A DNA stretch of 51,469 bases from a virus (Duplodnaviria; Caudoviricetes): IMG/VR virus record IMGVR_UViG_3300011335_000209, positions 1 to 51,469 of that record. One strand, 5' to 3'. Below, one piece after another: positions 45,391-51,469 of this stretch. The notes below the pieces were generated by a model. It did not search any database, was not told the origin of the DNA, and saw only the letters and a list, made by a program, of their open reading frames with translations. Each line of letters starts with the position of its first letter. Within the stretch, counting starts at the first letter, position 1. Both the position numbers and the translations under genes were made by a program.

Positions 45391-46593
45391 TTAGAATGTC
45401 CCGCCAACAACTACACCGGCCGGCGCTATGCCTAGCGCTGTCCAAGCTGCCTGTTGAGTTGCCGCAATAAAGATGGCATCACCCGTGGTTGTAGCGCCCA
45501 AGTTGATGCGAGCGCCAGCAGCGGTCGTAGCCCCTGTGCCGCCATCACCAATCGAAATTGGCACAGAAACAGTGTCGGTGCTTGCATCAACCACATTTGT
45601 GCCATCAGAATAAAGTATGGCTCTAGCACCGGCGGTAACTGCTACACCCGTACCCGCCGATGTTTTTACGGTCAGCGTATATGCGCCTGTTGTGGCATTG
45701 CTTACCCAGTACTGTTGGACCGTTGCAGGAACAATGATGACTCGGTTGCCAGTCAATACACCGGTAAAATTGTACGCAATCCGATTTAATTCCGACCCGG
45801 TCAAGGTGTAGTTGCCCGTCCCAGCAACAGCAATTGACGTGTAGTCAAAGGCAAATATTGCAGACTGACCAAACCCGATTGTGAAGTAGTCCGTGCCGTC
45901 TGTGGCAATGATTGCTGAGTCGCCTGGGCTGAAACTTAAAGTTGCTGCGCCGTTGATAAGCGGAGTGCCGGATGGATCAACAACGACTGAGCCGCCACCG
46001 CCATTACGGAAGCAGAGGAACCAGTTGTCGCCCATTGTAGGCGCTGAGGGTAGCGTCAACGTCCCGCCGCCGGAACCTGTCCACACAAACATTTTGGCGC
46101 GGTCAGTGACGCCTGCTGTGTAATTTGAGTTGAAGTTGGTGATTGGGACAGACTGCGACAACACGGTCCCAACGGCCACGATACCTGTGCCGGCCAGTGC
46201 TGATGCATTTGCAGTAGATGTGGTAGACCCAAACTGAAGCGTCTCCCAACTGCCGGCAACAGTTGTGTTGTCCGTCAAATAGATTTGCCAGATTGTTGCC
46301 GTAGCAATTGATGCTACCTGTACACCTGCCGCATCTTTGACGATAAAAGTGAAAGACCCCTGGTTGTTAAACAGGATGGTCTGGCCAGTGCCTGTCTTTT
46401 TGGCGTCAGGGAGCGTGATTACATAACTGCCAGCAGTGGCAGTCACATCCATAATGCGAGTAGCTAGATTGGTGCTTGTTGACGCCTCAGTTGGCCAGCT
46501 GAGTGTGATGTTGGCACTTAGCGCAACCGAGCTATAGCTGATCTCGCTTGGGTATATGTTTGCGCCACCAAAGACGTCGTTATAGATAGGCAT
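45391..46593 (-). CDS. Tail structural / fibre-anchor protein
   Basis: 400 aa; TLP repeats, GGTGATTAAGARINLG, ends GGTF. Confidence 0.6.
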   Translation of the reverse strand: MPIYNDVFGGANIYPSEISYSSVALSANITLSWPTEASTSTNLATRIMDVTATAGSYVITLPDAKKTGTGQTILFNNQGSFTFIVKDAAGVQVASIATATIWQIYLTDNTTVAGSWETLQFGSTTSTANASALAGTGIVAVGTVLSQSVPITNFNSNYTAGVTDRAKMFVWTGSGGGTLTLPSAPTMGDNWFLCFRNGGGGSVVVDPSGTPLINGAATLSFSPGDSAIIATDGTDYFTIGFGQSAIFAFDYTSIAVAGTGNYTLTGSELNRIAYNFTGVLTGNRVIIVPATVQQYWVSNATTGAYTLTVKTSAGTGVAVTAGARAILYSDGTNVVDASTDTVSVPISIGDGGTGATTAAGARINLGATTTGDAIFIAATQQAAWTALGIAPAGVVVGGTF

Positions 46594-47225
46594 TATGCTT
46601 CACTCCGGTTGGCTGAGCGGTCAAGAATGCGCTTTAAATCTTCGCCGTTGGCCGCTTGCGCTGCTCGGTCATACATTGCTTGCCAGGTCTGAATTCGCTC
46701 ATCATTTTTAAGGAACGGTGTAGCCTCAAGCAAGGCGGCATAGAGTAGCAGGTCTGGGATGTACTCTGTAACCCAATTTGTCTGGAAGTCATCGCCAAGA
46801 AACCGAGGCTGCTCGTAGTACAAGATCTCTAGCGTTTTGGCCGCAGCCGGTGTCGGCGTAATTAGCCAATGTTGATAGTCATAGTCCGCGTAGTAAGCCG
46901 GGTTACCGGTTGTTGCCTCAACGGGCCAGTAGTTGCGCAGATATTCGTAGGATCTTGCAAAGATTGGGATACCATCTACGGTCATGGAAACTGTGTCACG
47001 CCAGCGGTCAGGCTTGAGGTAAACTGCCACGCCTATGGACAACGGCGTGGTGATTGCCCTGATAAAGCCCTGGATCTTTAGCTCGCGGGAAATCCTACGC
47101 TCCCCGAGCGTTACCAGCCTCGGCAGTTGATCGTAAACAATCTGGTCACTAGCCTCTGTAAATCCGCGCTCCAAATATCGGCGCAAATCTACCAGTAGGC
47201 TATCATAGGTCATCACATATGCCAT
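46593..47225 (-). CDS. Head-tail adaptor protein (putative)
   Basis: MTYDSL...E.RISRELK...GNPAYY...PTP...NWVTEYIPDLLLYAALLEA..FLKNDER. Confidence 0.7.
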   Translation of the reverse strand: MAYVMTYDSLLVDLRRYLERGFTEASDQIVYDQLPRLVTLGERRISRELKIQGFIRAITTPLSIGVAVYLKPDRWRDTVSMTVDGIPIFARSYEYLRNYWPVEATTGNPAYYADYDYQHWLITPTPAAAKTLEILYYEQPRFLGDDFQTNWVTEYIPDLLLYAALLEATPFLKNDERIQTWQAMYDRAAQAANGEDLKRILDRSANRSEA

Positions 47226-47247
47226 AAATGCCCCGTTGATGACAGCA

Positions 47248-47287
47248 GCTGTTGCAGCATATGCTCAGGTGAGAATTATAAACCCAA
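47248..47287 (-). promoter_or_regulatory. Putative promoter (TTGGGTTTATAAT) plus GCTGCAACAGC hairpin
   Basis: Matches the element at 3350-3389 with identical spacing. Confidence 0.5.
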
Positions 47288-47302
47288 TTTGGGAAATAAG
47301 CA

Positions 47303-47578
47303 TCATTTTTTATTCCTTGCAGAAATTGCTTTGGCTTTAGACCGCGCATCTTCCTTGCTGCTAGCGCCCCATGCTTTGAGTGACAACAGCAGCCTAGTGG
47401 GTTCACCATCTTTGCGTTCTGGCCCTGGCATATTGCCCATCCGTGCCAAAAAGGATGCGCGACGAGGATTGTCACCGGACTTGACTGGTGGCCTTAACGT
47501 GCCGCCAGTTTCGGCATGATAAGAAGCCCGACCTGCAGCGTTTAAACCGCCTTTTGGATTTTTGCCGGATTCTTTCAT
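47303..47578 (-). CDS. Small basic conserved phage protein (DUF6321-like)
   Basis: KNPKGGLNAAGRASY...RRASFLARM...SLKAWG. Confidence 0.65.
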   Translation of the reverse strand: MKESGKNPKGGLNAAGRASYHAETGGTLRPPVKSGDNPRRASFLARMGNMPGPERKDGEPTRLLLSLKAWGASSKEDARSKAKAISARNKK

Positions 47579-47721
47579 TTCTTCTTTGCCGTTTTTGCCG
47601 AGTCTTTAAAGTCCTTGGCAGTAGGCGCTGCCTTGCTCCCAACCTTGTTCATCTTCTCTTTGCTTCCTGCTTTGATGCGTTCTTGCTTGGCGTGAATGTT
47701 TGCGTAGAGTCCGGGTTTCAT
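47575..47721 (-). CDS. Small basic protein (48 aa; not in ORF track)
   Basis: AGGAG RBS; MKPGLYANIHAKQERIKAGSKEKM...SAKTAKKK. Confidence 0.6.
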   Translation of the reverse strand: MKPGLYANIHAKQERIKAGSKEKMNKVGSKAAPTAKDFKDSAKTAKKK

Positions 47722-47730
47722 TTGTTTCTC

Positions 47731-48207
47731 CTAAGATAAAAAAAGGGCACGTTCATCATTTCTTCGTTTAACCAACCCCGGTAGAATTTTACCCCCACCC
47801 CTCGTAAACTTTAAGAACTCGTCGGCAGCTTCTTGCGTCTCGCCCCGAAGCATCTTCTGACGGAGGGTGCTTCGCTGTACGCCCCCCAAACCCAAGTTAA
47901 AGCTAAAGCTGACAAGAGCATCGTTCTGACCTGCGGTAAGCACCACAGGAAAAAGTCGGGCGACCCCAACTTCAAATCGCTGGAGATCAGCAATAAGGAT
48001 TCCATCTATTTCTGCTTTTGAAAAAGTGCGACTATCTTCCGGCGCAAGCTGGAAAGCGTCTCTCTGATCCAGTGGTAAACGTCCTTGATCCGGGTATAAA
48101 ACATGGCCTACTCCTACAGTCCAAAGTTTTGCTGGGCAACGGTATGGTTTAAACCTCACGCCTTCATGGTGTTTGATCATCTCCTTGCAGCGATCTGAGA
48201 CTTTCAA
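47731..48207 (-). CDS. Endolysin, GH24 lysozyme
   Basis: HEG...YRCPAKLWTVGVGH (E-x8-C-x5-T), DALVSFSFNLG, LPGLVKRRNDE; likely TTG start overlapping the holin stop. Confidence 0.92.
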   Translation of the reverse strand: MKVSDRCKEMIKHHEGVRFKPYRCPAKLWTVGVGHVLYPDQGRLPLDQRDAFQLAPEDSRTFSKAEIDGILIADLQRFEVGVARLFPVVLTAGQNDALVSFSFNLGLGGVQRSTLRQKMLRGETQEAADEFLKFTRGGGKILPGLVKRRNDERALFLS

Positions 48208-48695
48208 TCCTTGCCACCTTTGAACGCTCTGCCGCCAAAGTGAAAACTGATGATGCTGGCAAAGATGATCTGGGTGTCGGCATCCCACAGTTTAGCAATC
48301 AAAACGTCAAAGGCAATGTCACGTTGCCATGCGTAGACAAACCCGCCGATCTCAACAAAGGCAAACAAAGCGAAGAATCCGTAGGTTAGTATTGGGCGCA
48401 CACCGGAGCGCAGGTTAATCATCCACTGGCTGGCTCCCTGACCGATGGCTATGTCGTGTGCGTACAGTGCGGCTCGTTCTGATGCCTCAGCTTCGATGGC
48501 CTGACCTTCGACTTTTATCTCTTCAACTCGTTGCTGCGCCTCAAAACCTGCTCTACGGAGTTCCAGTTCGCGTTCAATCTGCATCTGAGCCATCGTCAAC
48601 TCATGTTTTTTGTCGGCACGATCTTGGAAGAAACCAAGCAGTTTGGGCAAGCCGCCAGCAAGAAAGGAGACTAAGGTGGAGAGTAGGGTCAGCAT
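48204..48695 (-). CDS. Putative holin (GTA 3TM-holin-like)
   Basis: DKKHEL, coiled coil, LRSGVRPILTY, FHFGGR; transmembrane segments; abuts the lysozyme gene. Confidence 0.65.
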   Translation of the reverse strand: MLTLLSTLVSFLAGGLPKLLGFFQDRADKKHELTMAQMQIERELELRRAGFEAQQRVEEIKVEGQAIEAEASERAALYAHDIAIGQGASQWMINLRSGVRPILTYGFFALFAFVEIGGFVYAWQRDIAFDVLIAKLWDADTQIIFASIISFHFGGRAFKGGKD

Positions 48696-48922
48696 TTCTT
48701 TTCGTCCTCATCATCATCATGCGAGAGTTTTACACCTGCCAGCAGACCAATAAAACCGCCAACAATAGTTTGAAACGCAGGGCTAATCAATTTAAAAATC
48801 TCGCTGTTGTCCACTTTATCGTCAAACAAGCCGATCATCAGAACAGCAACCATGCCAAAGACAACAATACACAAGGTCATGCTGACCATCAAAGTGACAA
48901 AGAAAGTAAGCTTGGCTTTCAT
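48689..48922 (-). CDS. Two-TM membrane protein (lysis cassette)
   Basis: Two hydrophobic helices, PAFQTIVGGFIGLLAG; start moved to MKAKL. Confidence 0.6.
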   Translation of the reverse strand: MKAKLTFFVTLMVSMTLCIVVFGMVAVLMIGLFDDKVDNSEIFKLISPAFQTIVGGFIGLLAGVKLSHDDDEDEKKC

Positions 48923-49398
48923 CTTCCATCTCCAACAATTTGCCAAGTCAAATACGCCACCAAACCCACGATGGATGACACCAGCGCAGACCATAAACCA
49001 AAATTCACAATGTCGCTAATCTCTTCTGCCCTGATTGCTTTGGCGTGAGCCACTTCAGCTTCCGCTTTTTTGCGCTCTGCCACCATCCTGTTGCGCTCAA
49101 GCATGATGGCGTTCCAAACATCGTCATTGCCAGACCAAATCAACATCTGTTTTAACTCATTCTCTGCGTCTTGCAACTGCTTGAGCTGCATCACTGTTTC
49201 AAACGCCACTGCTGTATCGCTCTGACCAAACCCTTTGGGTTTCTTTTTTACCGACTCTTTCGCAATGACATCCTTGGCCTCAAAGAACTTCATCAAGTCG
49301 CCAGAGATGGAGTTGATGTCCTTGCCCATCTTGATAGCTGCTTGCACCCCTTTGATTGCACCCTGTGCCACTGCAAAGGCGGTTAGCGGGTCAATCAT
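48919..49398 (-). CDS. Coiled-coil protein with C-terminal TM helix
   Basis: 159 aa, MIDPLTA start, hydrophobic C-terminus. Confidence 0.65.
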   Translation of the reverse strand: MIDPLTAFAVAQGAIKGVQAAIKMGKDINSISGDLMKFFEAKDVIAKESVKKKPKGFGQSDTAVAFETVMQLKQLQDAENELKQMLIWSGNDDVWNAIMLERNRMVAERKKAEAEVAHAKAIRAEEISDIVNFGLWSALVSSIVGLVAYLTWQIVGDGR

Positions 49399-49400
49399 TT

Positions 49401-49568
49401 TTAACGATGCAGCGTAAGGCTTGCATAGACGATAGCGGACATTGAGACAATCAGCACCCCGGCGGTCTTCATAATGACGCCTTCCAAGCGTTTTAACCGT
49501 GCGTTGATTTGTGCGTATCTCTCAGCGCAGACGGCTTCGTGGCTGCTAAATTGTGTTTCAAGGCTCAT
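49401..49568 (-). CDS. Small membrane protein (55 aa; XhlA/holin-like topology)
   Basis: HEAVCAERY...RLKRLE followed by one TM helix. Confidence 0.55.
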   Translation of the reverse strand: MSLETQFSSHEAVCAERYAQINARLKRLEGVIMKTAGVLIVSMSAIVYASLTLHR

Positions 49569-49704
49569 CTTTGGCTTTCGGTACTTGCGCCTCGGCCTGC
49601 TCTTTGATCTTGACGATCAAGGGCCACACCCCTGATTTGCTGGGCAACTCGCCAAGCGTCTGGAGGACAAAGTTGATTTCGTTAACGTCAAGGTCTAGGG
49701 TCAT
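49558..49704 (-). CDS. Small hypothetical protein (48 aa)
   Basis: MTLDLDVNEINFVLQTLGELP...; ATGA overlap. Confidence 0.55.
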   Translation of the reverse strand: MTLDLDVNEINFVLQTLGELPSKSGVWPLIVKIKEQAEAQVPKAKDEP

Positions 49705-50027
49705 GCTGGAGTCCCAGATTGTTGAGCCGCTTGTGCTTCTGCCTGTGCCGCTTCAGCCGCCAAGCGTTGTGCTTCACGTTCAGCCGCAATTCGTGCTTGC
49801 TCTGCTTGATAAGCCGCAATCACTTCAGCAGTCCATGCTGTATTGCAATGAGCCACAACATTGACAGGGATGCCCGTCAAATCTTGTCCCGGCGTGAGGC
49901 TTGATCGGTGGTAGGTCTTGCTTAGTTCGTTGCCATCTTCCATGATGCGGGTTGCTTCACGATAGAGAACGATGCCGTTTTCGGTGACGGTGATTTGGTC
50001 AACAGCGGTGGTTTTGGTGAGTGACAT
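49701..50027 (-). CDS. Tail-fibre-associated protein (possible chaperone)
   Basis: 108 aa, AAGGA RBS, directly after the fibre gene; YHR..L.PG.D...WTAEVIAAY. Confidence 0.6.
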   Translation of the reverse strand: MSLTKTTAVDQITVTENGIVLYREATRIMEDGNELSKTYHRSSLTPGQDLTGIPVNVVAHCNTAWTAEVIAAYQAEQARIAAEREAQRLAAEAAQAEAQAAQQSGTPA

Positions 50028-50042
50028 GATTTTTTCCTTTGG

Positions 50043-51469
50043 TTAAGTTGAAGTTATATAAGAAAATCCAACAACAATGTTGTAATTTGTTGTAATAGTA
50101 GAAGCATTTACCCGTAAATCAATAACAACACCACCACTATAAACTCGTCCACCTATAGCACCTCCTGTTCCAAGGTCTAATATTCCGAAACCACTTGCAT
50201 CCGAAAGTACACTTCCAGCCGAAAAGGGTAAATTGCCAATATTTACAGAAGTCCCAACTGGAGAAGAAACGCTATTTACAAAAAATTCACCAGTTACAGT
50301 AACTACACGACCAATTTTTATATATGAAATTATATTGTAACTAGCATTTAATGTGATTGTTCCAGATGTTGACGGTGTAAAAGTTACAGTAGTAGTCCCC
50401 TCTTCATAGTCATCTAGCGTATTAGCGTTGGATGATGCTGATTGAGTTGCGGGGAATGTGATGCCTGTACCTGTTTGTGGGACTGCACCATTAAGCGCAA
50501 CAGACCCTGTGCTATTGGTAGAAATAAGTGGATTCCCATCCCCATCAGACAGCACGATGTAGTTGCTTGCTGTGCGAATGTCTAAGCCGCCTGTGTTTCC
50601 GTTGTATGCGCCAAGAATAGTATTTTTAATACCTGTGGTCATTAACTTGCCAGACTCTATGCCAACAAATGTGTTGTTTCTTCCTGTCGCTGTATAGCCA
50701 GCCTGATAACCTACAGCAGTGTTGTTGGAGGCTGTGGTGTTGAAACGCAGTGATGCCGCACCTATTGCGGTATTGAAGTCTCCAGTGCTTGCAAATAGTG
50801 AAACTTGACCAATACCAACATTTGAAGAACCTGTTATATTGGAATTTAAAACACGGTCGCCAATTGCTGTATTTCCAGCGCCAGTCGTATTAGCCGCCAA
50901 AGCACTAGCACCAACAGCAGTATTGGAAGACACAGCACCAGCGCCAAGCCCCACGGTCAAGCCCTGCACAACTGCACCAGCAGTTAGCGTGGAGACACCT
51001 GTCACGCCGAGGGTTGTGGATGCTGTGAGCGATGTAAACGCGCCCGTTGTCGCAGTAGTAGCCCCGACAGTGCCGTTGATGTTGATGCTTGCTGTGCCTG
51101 TTAAATTGGTGACTGTGCCGCTGCTGGGTGTACCCAACGCCCCGCCATTGACGACAAACGCTCCTGCTGTGCCAATATTGACGCCAAGTGCTGTAACAAC
51201 ACCCGTGCCTGTGGTTGTGGTGCTAGGAGCCGCACCAGCCCCGCCGCCGATGACCAGTGCGCTTGCTGCCAGTGCGCTGGATGATGCCAATGTGCCAGCA
51301 GCGGTGTAGGCTAGGACGCCACCGGATGTGCCTGATGCCAAGCCTGTGCCGCCGTTGGCAACTGGCAAGGCTGTGCCAGAGTAGGTCAGGGCCAGTGTGC
51401 CAGACGATGTGATGGGACTGCCAGATATGCTCAAGACGCTTGGGACGGTCATTGCCACGCTGGTGACTG
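50043..51469 (-). CDS. Tail fibre / receptor-binding protein, 3' part (starts at 220)
   Basis: NTAVG/NTAIG beta-roll repeats as in YadA-like heads, ANTLDDYEEGT, YIKIGRVV. Confidence 0.85.
   Translation of the reverse strand, partial: VTSVAMTVPSVLSISGSPITSSGTLALTYSGTALPVANGGTGLASGTSGGVLAYTAAGTLASSSALAASALVIGGGAGAAPSTTTTGTGVVTALGVNIGTAGAFVVNGGALGTPSSGTVTNLTGTASININGTVGATTATTGAFTSLTASTTLGVTGVSTLTAGAVVQGLTVGLGAGAVSSNTAVGASALAANTTGAGNTAIGDRVLNSNITGSSNVGIGQVSLFASTGDFNTAIGAASLRFNTTASNNTAVGYQAGYTATGRNNTFVGIESGKLMTTGIKNTILGAYNGNTGGLDIRTASNYIVLSDGDGNPLISTNSTGSVALNGAVPQTGTGITFPATQSASSNANTLDDYEEGTTTVTFTPSTSGTITLNASYNIISYIKIGRVVTVTGEFFVNSVSSPVGTSVNIGNLPFSAGSVLSDASGFGILDLGTGGAIGGRVYSGGVVIDLRVNASTITTNYNIVVGFSYITST
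51431..51469. repeat. Terminal direct repeat, copy 2
   Basis: Identical to 1-39. Confidence 0.97.

Noticed and set aside
51431-51469. Biological direct terminal repeat or att site
   Set aside because: Lies mid-gene with exact end-to-end identity, typical of an assembler overlap; no integrase
1-51469. Impression that CTAG is common, perhaps reflecting relaxed site avoidance in modified DNA
   Set aside because: Not quantifiable by eye; needs tetranucleotide observed/expected counts

Overview
The window is an apparently complete, circularly permuted tailed-phage genome of about 51,430 bp. Bases 1-39 repeat exactly at 51431-51469 and a tail-fibre ORF reads in frame across the junction. It looks like a podovirus-type lytic phage with no integrase, tRNA or tape-measure gene seen. 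A proteobacterial host is only inferred from sigma70-like promoters and an IHF-consensus site. The minus strand carries primase-helicase, VRR-NUC, terminase, portal, GroES, scaffold, capsid, fibre, lysis, tail and ejected-protein genes. The plus strand (20.6-34.2 kb) carries early and replication genes. Best candidates for new biology: (1) an overlapping-gene operon at 26.1-32.8 kb that combines a T4 gp42-like dCMP hydroxymethylase with enzymes resembling thymidine-hypermodification pathways (aGPT-Pplase-like, PLP fold II), an SGNH-like protein, a double NTP-pyrophosphatase, dCMP deaminase and a family B polymerase, with no recognisable glycosyltransferase or kinase; (2) a recurring [MYF]-A-x-G-G peptide tag that bounds domain cassettes in putative capsid-internal proteins, next to a JAB/MPN-motif protease; (3) four promoter-plus-hairpin cassettes with compensatory base changes, a self-overlapping divergent promoter, and an iteron/IHF origin candidate. 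All family calls come from motif recognition by eye. No database searches were run.
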